This document shows positions 15,001-27,000 of a stretch of 64,000 nt of DNA, piece by piece. Source of the stretch: Flectonema sp. DT1601. Taxonomy: Eukaryota. Under the pieces are notes generated by a model that searched no databases, had not been told where the DNA came from, and worked only from the letters and a program-made list of their open reading frames with translations. Both the position numbers and the translations under genes were made by a program. The stretch covers positions 1,240,001 to 1,304,000 of the forward strand of contig OZ025788.1 in assembly GCA_964019425.1 (NCBI GenBank), in the 5' to 3' direction. The stretch's first letter is position 1; every line of letters starts with the position of its first letter.

Positions 15001-18000
15001 ACGCAGGGAGCGGGGCAGGTGCGACGATCCGACTCCACTACCGAGTTGTTGGGTCGGCGATTTCCATCGGCGGAGAGCAGGTGGTCGTCCCGATCACGAA
15101 CGCGGAGGACGCGGGACAGATCCGATGGGGAAAGACCAAGGACGTGCACGACGCGCAAGACTGCTACCGAAACTCGACGAACACGGTGGTGTGCGACCTC
15201 GACGGGGTAACCTTCGGTCCGAGGCACGAGGCCAACGTGTTCGTTTTCGTTGTCCCGGAGTACACGGACACGGAGACTGCCCGGTGGAAGGGAACCGTCA
15301 GCTTCCAGGCAGATTGGTTCCGCACCGCCGTTGACGTTCCGGTCGTGGAGGTGCAGGGCATCCTGAATGCTGAGGTGGTCGGTGCGGAGGCGGAGCCGAT
15401 CGTCGCCTTGCCGGACGAGTGGGTGATGCTCGCATACGTGCTGACGTCGACGGCGCCTTCCTCGGGCGGAGAGACCCTGGTGCTGTCGCCTTCGTCGGCA
15501 TTCTACCCGGGGTCCGTGATGTTCAGCCTGAACAGCAGCTGGGCCGGAGCGAACCGCGAGTCGGATGCGCAGGATTTGGAGTGGACGGCGTGCGGTGGCT
15601 CGATCGTGCAGGACGACGCGTCGGACGACGTGGGCTGCGACCTGAACGCCGCGGGTGCGGTGTTCGGAAGCGGTGGCGACAACGACACGACGACGGTGTA
15701 CGTGCGGTTCCTCCCTGGAAGCGGAGTGGGGGGCCCGATGGGGGTGTCGGTGGAGTTCCATGCGAGCAACTTCACGACGGCATTGCACTACCCGACTGTA
15801 GCTGTTGCGGGGACGACGACCGTGGAGAGCACCACTGTTGTGCCTGTCTTGCAGGAGGTCGGGAAGGAAGTCGCGGTTCTGCTGACTTTGACGGCCTCGG
15901 CGAACTTCACGGACGTTTCGATCTTGCTGCCGGTTTCGGAGGTGCGGGACGTGTACGTGGGCACTGCGCCCGAGTCTTCGTCGGACTACAACCTCGCCGC
16001 GGCGCGGGCTGGCGACTCGGTGCGTTGCGAGCTGGTGAGCGACGAGGAGTACGTTTGCAGCGGGATTTCGGTCAGCACCGCGGAGACGTCGGTGTCGCTG
16101 TGGATGACACCCGACACTTCGCGCGTGGGGGAGATGAACGTGACCCTGCGCGTCGTCGGTCTCTGGATGAGGGAGACGCAGTTCTCGCCGAACATCAGCG
16201 TGCAGGCGCTGTTGGACCTGGACAGCCACGACGACACGCCGGTGACGCCGTCTCCTGCGAAGTCCGGAGAAGAGGTTCGGCTGAAGCTGTCGGCGAAGTC
16301 GAGCGGGCAGGAGTCCTCGAACGTTGAGCTCCGGGTGCCGTACGACAAGATCGATCGCGCGCAGGAGGTGCGATGGGGAATTTCGTCGAACCGCAACGTG
16401 TCGACTGAGTGTCCGAACGTGACGACCGTCAATCAGCAGTACGGATACGTCACGTGCGACGTCAGCGGCGGGGGAGTCTTCCTGACGGATACGGCGCAGA
16501 CGCTGTACCTCTGGTTCACCCCGGAGAACACGACGGTGGGGCACTTGAACATGTCGTTGACGCTGGCGGCCGACTATTACGAGAAGGCGCTCGAGGTGCC
16601 GGACGTGCTCGTGTACGGGCAGTTCAGCGCGTCGACCTACGTCCCCGACGCGACCATCTGGAGCGGGGAAGCTGCCTGGGTGCGGTTCCGCGTTTCCGGG
16701 ACGGGGTGGACCGTCGGTGGGGAGAAACTGCTGGGGAAGACCTCGTACTTCTCTGGATCCCTCAGGCGGGCGGCTTCGGAGAAGGCGACGTTGGGGCTGG
16801 TGGATTCGTACGCCGGTGGCGGGGCCGACGCGGGATACCATGTGGTGCGGCTCGACCCAGCGAACGCGACGGACGACTTGTCGACGCAGCTGATCGGACC
16901 CGATTCCGTGCTCGAGTTCTGGGTTCGGTTCACCGCGGCGGAGACGACGGTGGGCGAGCTGTTTCCGGCTTACTCTGACGGGTTTGTTCTCCGGGCGCAC
17001 TACTACGTGGATCTGGTGGTGAACTTCGACTTGACGGTGCTGGGACGGCTGAGGCTGTACGAATCCTTCCGCACGGCTCAGGTGCTCCCCTCCACGGGGG
17101 TGCGAAGTGGGACCCTTGTCCGCGTGCAGTGGGGGATCGGGTCGACCGGAGATTCGGTCGGTGGAGAGGCGATGGCCATCGATTCGGCGAAGGTCGCTCC
17201 GGACAGCGTGCGCTACGGTTGGTCGGACAACTACGAGCAGTCTTCGGCTTGCGAGCTGAACACTGGCGGGTGGCACGCGTACCGGAATCCGTGGAGCGCT
17301 GGTTGCCAAGGGTGTTGGTACGTGTGCAACATGACGCAGGCGACGCCCGACTCGCTCGCGGTGTTCACCGCAGCTGGGGCGAGGCAGACTTGGCTCTTCT
17401 TCGAACCGCTGAATACCACCGCCGGGATTCTGAACGCGACCGTGCAGTTCGCGGCATCGAACTTCGTGACTGAGTACGACGTGCCGTACGTCCTCGTGAA
17501 GGGAAGTATTGAAACTTTCTTGGATGCTAGTTCCATTGTGACACCAGCGCAACCTATTGTGACGATGACCCCAATCAAGATTGAGTATTTATTAAGAATA
17601 TCTGGAAAACCAGAAGGAGATCTCAAAGTGGCAATTCCACTACAGTTTCTCGGAGTAGAGCCATCAAGTAGACAGTTAAGATATGGAAACAATAATTTCT
17701 TGGGAGACTTAAGTATTTGTGATGATGACGTAAGAGATGAGATTCCTGTAAAGGCTTGTGATATATCAGATTATTATTCTTTAGGAAGAGATATTGACAA
17801 TGCTAGACTTGTGAGACTATTTTTGTATTTCACCCCTGCATTGGATACAATAGGATCTCTTGATGCGGAGGTTATGTTCTACGGAGATAGTTTTATACCT
17901 GTGAGTGACTATCCGTTTGTGTTTGTGTTGGGAAAGTTTAATTTGAGAGCTGACGGTAGAACAAAGAGCTTCCCAGCAATAACTACCGGTGGCACTGAGA

Positions 18001-21000
18001 TAGAGTCGCAGTTTGTTTTAAAGTCAAGTTCGATCCCGACCGATGATGAGGAAGTAATAATAAGTCTTTCCTCTGGGCTTGAAGCTCCTATTCTGTTGTG
18101 GGCTTATAACTCATCAGCTGAAAGAGTAGCATGTGAGTTGTATCACGATTCCTTATGGAGGTGTGATGCCAGTGGATTACTGCAGCCTTATGATTCAGAC
18201 TCTCAGACCATTAGCGTTTATTCACTTCCGAAGATTGGAAAAGCGATTGCTGGACCTGCCTGGGTATCTGTTGAAGTTAGAGCAAAGAATTTTAAAAGTG
18301 AATTAAGCACCGCAAGATTTCACGTCATTGGTGAGCTAACAATTGTCAGAGGAACAGAACCAAAAGTATTTTATAACGGACAATGGATAATTGATAAATA
18401 TGAACACGGAATGACTATCAGACTTAATTATTTAATCCAAAGTACTACTTCATCATCTGGTGGTGAACAGATTACAATACCAATTGAGTACAGTGATGAC
18501 TTTACTGAAGTAAGATGGTCATCACTACCTGATGTTCATTCAGCAACACCATGTTTTCATAATGGAACGAATACCGTTGTTTGTGACTTGAATTCAGTTG
18601 TGAGATTTCATCCGAATAGTTTTGTTTCTATTTATGTTTTTGTTGTTCCGGAATTTGAGCAAATTGAAAGAATAGGAAAAGACCTCAACTACATCTGGGA
18701 TGGTACTATTACTGTTGACGCATGGTGGTGTAAGTCATCAACTGTCTGGCCAAGAATTGAGATTAGTGGGCTTATCAACGCTGAGGCTGTGTCGTCTGAA
18801 TCACATCCAGTCATAGCTCTTCCAGATGAAACTATTACTTTAGGATATGTGTTATCATTTACATCTCCAATTGAGACATACATCACTGCTGAGTTAACTT
18901 CAGATACTTGGAGTAATGTTGTATATCCGGGAAGCTTGAAATATTTATTACGTAATTCAACTGATGATATCTCTTTAGAACCATCCTCTACTTGGTTTGA
19001 TTGTGAAGATGATAATTGTATATTAGATATGTCATTACAGACTGTGACAGATAATGATACAGTGTCTGTTTTAATAAGATTTGATATTGTTTCTGGAGTT
19101 GGTGGAAATTTAGGATTGGAAATAAGTTTTGGATCTCCGAACTTCACAACTTCTTCAGACAAACCAATCACATCAGTTGCTGTGATACCTTCAGTGGAGC
19201 TTTCAAGAACGTCAAGTGAAAGGATTTCAGTGTCTTCGGAGTTCATTTGGTTTTTACAATTTCAACTCAGTAGTAACACAACTTTATCATCTGATACGAC
19301 TTTACTATTACCGATCGAGTCGTTGTCTTTTGGTGAAGGTGGTCAGCCTACATCGAAAGGTTCGAATGTTTACATCGGAACTGCAGCTTTCACTGATAAG
19401 GACGATTCATCAAAGATGAGTTATTTTAAAGAACAATCTGAACCTTGTTTACTTGTAACAGATACTGAAATAGGATGTCCTGTTGACTTCTTATCATCTT
19501 CATTGTCATCAATTAGTATTTGGATGACTCCAACAGATCGAGTTGGTTACATTAATGGAACAGCTCGATTAGTGGGATTGTTTCAGAGAGAACTTCAAAT
19601 ATCATTTCCAAACGTGACGGTTGTTGGTTCTCTGACGTTAGATTTAACTGCTGAAGTCACGCCAACTACAACGGTTCATTCATCAAATGTAACAATAAAA
19701 TATTCTCTTAGCAGTACCTGGAATTCTAACGGTGGTGAAAAGATATTACTTCCTTACGAGGGATTTAATGGGGCTGAGTTTCCACATTGGGCATCTGGGA
19801 ATGATCTCACGTACCATAATTGTTCAACGCTAATGACTGGAGCAGAGCTGAGCGCTGAAAATAGTTTTGTAGTGCCGACTGAGGATATTTCAACTTTGTT
19901 TTATATTTGTGACTTAGGAGTAAAGGGAATTACATACACAGATGTGATTCAGGAGCTCTACATTATAACTTACCCAAATCCGACTACTGTCGGTCCATTG
20001 GGAGCAACGTTGTATTTTACAGCGTCAGACTTTGATTTGTTATCGAGCGTTCCGTACATTGAAATATTAGGAACTTTTGACAGTGTGACGACAACACCAG
20101 AGACAACAATAATTAAATCGGGTCAATTTGTTACTGTCACTGTCTCTGTTCAAACTAGCGGATCTACTTCTGCTGTTGGAGGAGAATTAATGGGAATCCC
20201 ATCATACTTTATTGAACCATCACAAGGTGTTTATTGGTCATCTCGATCAGACTTATTAAAAACATCTCCGTCATCGTGTTCCACTACTGCTACAGTTCTG
20301 TCTTTGGAATACTTAATTTGTGATTTGAGCGGAAATTTAACATTCTCGTCTTCTGAGGCTACTTATTATATAAAATTCATGCCTAAGAAATCACTTTTAT
20401 GGGGATGGCCGGGACTGTTCTACTTTGGTGGGAATAGCATGGTTAAGGAGACTACTATTTCTCTATCACCTGTAATGAATGTTGTTGGGGTACTTGAAAC
20501 AACTGTTGAACGTGTATTACCTTCAGCATATCCAAGATCAGGTGAAGGTATAAGTATAAATTATAAGATTAAAAGTTCAGCTACAAGCAGTCAACCAGAC
20601 CAACGATGGGTCTACATTGAGACCTCCGATACTTCAATGACTGAATTATACACTAAATGGTTGAAAGGAGTATCTTGGGGTACCTCAATCGACCTCTCAA
20701 CTGAATTATTATCTGGAGGTGATACATGCAGTGTTATAACAGGAAATTCAACTGAACTTGGATCTGACTTTCCTACCATCACCAACACTTCTACAGTATG
20801 GGCGTGTAATTTAAGTTCTGTTTCGTATTCAGATTCTGAAGACACTTCTTTATGGTTTCAGGTACTTCCTTTAAATACTACTGTTGGAGAGTTAAATATG
20901 ACAATGAGATGGGTCACAGATGGATACATTACTCATTTTAGTACTCCCTACATACGAATTCTTGGTCAGTTTGGTCTTATATTTCCTACAGCTGAAGTAA

Positions 21001-24000
21001 CCCCATCACACCCAGAAGTTAATGAAGCAGTTCGTCTAATGTACCATGTCGACTGTAGTAGTGATGCTAATATTGTTGTTAAGTTTAGCAAGAGTGCAAT
21101 TTATTCACAAATTACACAAAGTTATATGAGGCTTCCAATTTGGAAATATGAGCGATACCCAGACTCAACAGTCAACAGTTCTAATACTTGGAGTGATTGT
21201 GTTGAAGATGGCGATGATTTAACAAAGATTAAATGTGATCTTTCATCTTTAACAATCGGAAGTTCTCAAAAATCCCGAGATCGATATTTATTTTTTGATT
21301 TTATTCCGACAAACACGACCATTGGAAGACTTCCTATTACAGTTTTCTTTACTGCAGAGGGATTCGAACCTGTTGAAGACTCCCCATTTATATTTGTCAC
21401 TGGATCAATTACCGTTGACTCAGTGTATATGGAGACTGCTTACGACTCATGGCAAGAACCACAAACAATTATTATATCATTATATGGTAGTGGGTTATCA
21501 ACAGGAGAAGAAAAGATTACAATTAGTGATCAATTTATTGATTCTGTGTATTGGAACGACTCGGACACTAATACAATTCAAAAGATCTCTGCGTGTCAAC
21601 ATGAAAAAGATCAAAAGATATTTACCTGTGACATCCGATATCTATCATACGGTGACCATGTTGTTGGGAAAAGTGATTTGAAAAGATCCGCGTCGGAGAA
21701 TAAATATTTTTGGCAATCAAAAGATGTACCATTCTCTCAACATTGGTTGTTGTCTCCTTCTGTCGTCAGATCATTTCATCTTAAGGTAGTACCAAATACT
21801 CATGCTGTTGGTTCCTTTTTAATTAGAATGATCGCATCTGCGAATGGATTCGCACAAAAATTCTTTTCAGTCAACGCTTGGCAATACGGAGTAATATATC
21901 CAACAATTCCAGAGAGTTGGGTTAGAGAACCTTGGGGTACTCATCCAGTACAGTATGAAATCATACCTTCGATACCTCAAAAGGTAACTCTTGAAGTAGT
22001 CGTTCACTACCAAATAGTAGCAACAGCTGAGTCTATCGGAGGTGAAATAATTCTGATCCCAAAAGATAAAACAGACGGACTAGTAGTTTGGGGAACAACT
22101 CAACCAGAATCAACAACATTAGATACCAACATCATAAAGTGTGATGAGTATAATGAAAGTACTTCTTACTTTGTATGTGATGTTGGTAATCAGATACGAT
22201 ACGGTTATGATGTCAGTCGTCCTGACAGACCAACTGATGTCTTTATTAGATTTAAACCAACTCATAACTCTGGTAAGTTGTTAGAGTGTCCAATCACATT
22301 TAAAGGATATGGATTCCATGATACGATTCACATTCCTGATATTGAACCTTTAGGATATGTTACAGCTTATCCATCAGTGTCCTTAACGTATACCACGGGA
22401 AGTACAATTGTTGTTGAGTTTGCTGTGAATTCATCGACAACTTCTGATGGAGGAGAAGAACTTAAAATTCTACGTCAATACATCACAACTTTATCATGGT
22501 CACCTTATCGAGAATATGATTCAAGTAGTTCTTCATTAATATCTTGTCCTGTTTCTCTCAGTCATTTTGTTTGTGACTTAGAAGCCGTTGGGTTTACATT
22601 CAGACACAACGAGTCACAAACTCTATTTTTGTATTTCATATCACAAAGTACTTACAAAGAACTATTTCAACCTGGGGTTACATTTACTGCTCATAACTTT
22701 ACTGAAGAAACTTATCATCCGACTGTTGAGATCTATTCTCAGATTAATATAATTGAGAGGGAAGTGTACAACCATACCCTACCTCCGATACCGAGGGGTG
22801 AGAGAGTAAAGTTTCACTACGAAGTGATGTTGTTATCGACTACTGATTTAATGATTAAATTTCCAATAGAATATTTTGAATGGCCGACCACAGATCCAAT
22901 AATGACCCCACCAACCATCTCACTGTTCAATACAGAAAATAGCAACGCAACAGACTGTTCTGGTGGAGCAAAATATTTCACATGCACTCACACATTTTCA
23001 GCTACTGGAGTTTGGGTTGATTTGTATCTGTACGCAACCTTTTCTGTTGGATGGCATGAAGTACCAGTTCTGTTCACAAGCTCTTACTTCGAGTCAGTCA
23101 CATTACCATTTAATATTACTGTATTGGAGACACCAACATGGGAGATGACTCCAAGTGGAGGATATCTGACGACGTATGAACATTTGACTTTAAAGTTTAC
23201 CGGATCAATAGATCCGAGAGATATTGGTTTGTCTGCTGGAGATGGTCATGACTTAGTTAAAATAATCGACAGCTCCACAACTGCTAATTGCTCTTCAGAC
23301 GAGGTCACATCTGCTGCATGGATTGTTACTGATCTTATTCACTCTCCGAGGTTATCGGATTACACGGATGTTAAGCTGAAGTCTCTTTATTTTCATATTA
23401 TGATTTCCACTCCAGGAACGTACTCCGTTTGTTATAAATTTAGAGATGCGCAACATTACATCTCTTCGTACCAAGTAGGAACATATTCGAATAATATTTC
23501 TGTTGAAACATTAAACCCAAGTGGGTACGCTACTAGTCCTCATGAATCTCTTTGGCAAGACGTTCCTGTTGGTGAAGAGATCTTTTTCTCTTTTTTGGGT
23601 TCTGGGTTAGATCCAACAAACGCCAACCTCGATTCCGCCTCAGGTGATTTTTTCAAGCTAATTCCATATGAACCACTGCGGCAGGTATTGTTCTATTCCG
23701 CATGGAATTTTAAGAATTCTCTTTGTCATGGTCGTGATGAAGGGTTGCTCAATACGACAATAAATCTTATATCAGATTTAAATGGAACAACAACTCATAC
23801 TTTTACTAGTCACGTGTTTGCGTTGTCTGGTGACTACTTAGTTTGTTATAAAAGAAAAGATGGAGCTTGGATGACAATGCCTGACTCCTTAACTGTTACT
23901 GAACACAGACCTGTTATACATCGGGTTTCAGGTTGTAGTGATTATGATATGAGTACATATGACTGTCAATCTAATGGATCTACAACCTTAACTATAACTG

Positions 24001-27000
24001 GAAGGTTCTTTGGTGAAGGGACGTCAGACTATTTAAAACGTGCAGCGGTACGTGTTGGTACCACTTGGTGTTCAGATATTCTTCACGTATCTGATAGTTT
24101 ATTATACTGTACTGGATATGGACAACGATATGATCATTTATCAAAATCTGTTGTAACGGTTGAGTCTTTTCATAAATTACAATCAATTCAAACAGACATG
24201 TACATTACAATAAACCCAGTACCAGTAATCACTAGTGTCACTGGTTGTGGTGATAACGACAACATAAATTTAAATCACACCATTGACTGTAGACGTGATG
24301 GTTACAACCCACAAATTATTACTATTAAAGGAAAGTTTTTTGGAACCAACGGACAGTCTTTAGAAATTTATTTCGGAGGGAACAGAGGAACATTAGATGA
24401 AACAGCCATTCGATGTAGAGATTCAAAACGAATAACTAATTCACAAATAGAATGTCGAGAATACAACGGAGAAGGACATAATCTACCTGTCAGAGTTGTT
24501 GTGAATGGTGAGATTAGCGGAGGTCGAAACTTCCACGATGATGACCTTTACGACGATGATATTTACATGTCCTTTGAAAGGTTTCCTATCGTAACTTCAA
24601 TAGAAGGATGTGCTGATTCTGTATTCGATTTTATGTCAACATTTAGCTGTCCACGTGCTGGATATGTTCCTCTTACTATTCACGGAAAGTACTTTGCTCC
24701 ACCTCTACTTGCAGGATCTACGAAATCATTCTACTCATCAATAGAAGGTAAACACTACAGTGCTTCTGTTTATATTGGATCACTTCTTTGTAATAGAACT
24801 CTTCATATGGATGGTAGACAATCAACAGATTTAATTTGTATTGAGTACGGTGATAAAGGAGGTGCTGATCTTAATGTCAGTGTAGTCACACATGATGGCA
24901 TGCAATCATTTAACAGAGATGCGAGGCTTTCATTCGCAGAAGAATGCCCTGGCAAGATGACTGAAACTATTTTCTGCAATGCTCATGGTGATTGTGAATT
25001 CGACACCGGAACATGTATTTGTAGGGCTAACCCAACTGATGGTTTCTGGAATGGCACAGCCTGTGATGACTGTGCTTTTGGTTACTACGGACCTAATTGT
25101 CTTTTATCATGTGCTGGAGGTTCTTGTAACCCATGCTCTGGTAATGGAATCTGTGATATGGGTGTCCTCGGGAATGGTAATTGCACTTGTTTTAGTGATT
25201 CATTATCAGGTCATTGGGAAGGTGATATTTGTCAACGCTGCGTCCCGGGATACTTTGGTAAATTATGCAACCAGCAGTGCCCAGGAGCTAACGTAACCTG
25301 CAGCGGTCACGGTAGATGCTCAGGGGGAAGATTTGGTACCGGAACATGTGAATGTGATTCTGGGTGGGGGCCGGGTTTCTTCTCTGGAATAGATTGTTGG
25401 GACTGTCTTGATGGTGTCTGGGGATGGGAATGTAGAGCACCTTGTCCAGGTGGTATCTCTAATCCTTGTGGAGGTGCTGCGGGGTATTGTGATTCTGGTC
25501 GTCTTGGAAACGGAACCTGCGCATGCCGCGCTGGATTCTTTGGAGTTGATTGCAGTTCTGAGTGTCCTGGAGGAGCATCTAATCCGTGTTTTGGAAATGG
25601 ATTTTGTTTTTATGATGAAACATCACTCAGATCACTTTGTGTTTGTGATAATGGTTACGCAGGTGATGCTTGTGAACAGTCTTGTCCTGGTTCTCCTGAT
25701 GGACCACTTTGCTCTGGTCATGGTTCCTGCAACTCAGGCTCACCAGGAGATGCCACCTGCACTTGTGATGGGAATTTCGGACCCATCACTTTATTCGATC
25801 AAGAGACTCTAACTGTTAGAGTTAACACTGCACCCATAACATGTGATGCTTGTAATGCTGGATTCTTTGGAGACTCTTGTAGTATTGAATGTCCTGGTGG
25901 ATTAAACAACACTTGTTCTCGTCATGGTTATTGTAACACAACAACAGGTGGTTGTCAATGTACTTCAAAGTATGCTGGATTGAATTGTGAAATTCACTGC
26001 GACGGTCAAGGTGGTGAAGTATGTTCCGGACACGGCTCTTGTTTCAGTGGAGCCTCTGGTGACGGTACCTGCACCTGCAGTACGTCAACGGCGGCGGGTA
26101 ACTGGGCAGGTAAACACTGCAACAGATGTGAACCTGGGTACTACAGTCCAACTTGTAAATTAGAGTGCCCTGGAGGTGGATCGAATCCTTGTAATGGACA
26201 CGGTACTTGTAGTGGTGATGTTTTCACTTCTACAGCAAACTGTTTTTGTAAAGAAAACTGGTATGGAACTGCTTGTGATTGCGCACTCAACACAACAACA
26301 CTTTCCGAAGCGCAGATTCTTGGATATGATATAGCTTATCAATGGCATGTTAGGAATTGTACAGCTCTACAATGTTACAGATCAGGTAATGATACCACCA
26401 GTGGTATTCATGATGGCTTGTGGGGATTTAACTGCGACAACGAATGTCGAGGTGGAGGAGACTCTCCCTGTAGTAACCGAGGCAAGTGCTCCTACGGAAG
26501 GGGTGGTTCGGGGGAATGTGAATGTGTTTCTGGATGGTCTGGTTACGCCTGTGAAATAGAATGTGATGGAGGACACTTAAACCCTTGCAATATATTAACT
26601 CACTCAGGATATTGTACTGGAGGACTTCATGGTACAAATGGTTCTTGTGTATGTAATCCTGGATTCGCTGGGATATCATGTCAAATAGAGTGTCCTGGAA
26701 CATCACAAGACCCATGTACTGGACATGGTGTTTGTGATGATGGAGTATATGGAGGAGGTCAATGTTCATGTACACCAGGATGGGCTACTAATGATTGTAG
26801 TGCTCCATGTCCAGGTACAATAAATGGAACTATCGCTTGTAGTGGAAATGGTGTCTGCAGAGATGGAAGACTTGGTGATGCTCAGTGTGAATGCGATGGT
26901 AATTTCAACGGTACAAACTGCGATCAGTGTGTTCCAAAGTTTGCAGGAGCTCTATGTGATGTTCCATGTCAACCCTTTGCAAACCCCTGCAACGGTCACG

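Noticed and set aside
1519..17473. Many short ORFs recurring every 3,375 bp
   Set aside because: These are alternative-frame by-products of the GC-rich repeat.
1455..17503. Array as an inserted mobile element or bacterial HGT
   Set aside because: No transposase/RT, terminal repeats or target-site duplication. It is in frame and homologous to the AT-rich flanking modules on both sides.
1443..17552. 5,369-aa antisense ORF spanning the array
   Set aside because: It is the codon-aligned shadow of the sense frame. GC-rich codons avoid TTA/CTA/TCA, so there are no antisense stops. It ends as soon as AT-rich codons resume, and the R/H-rich product has no domain pattern.
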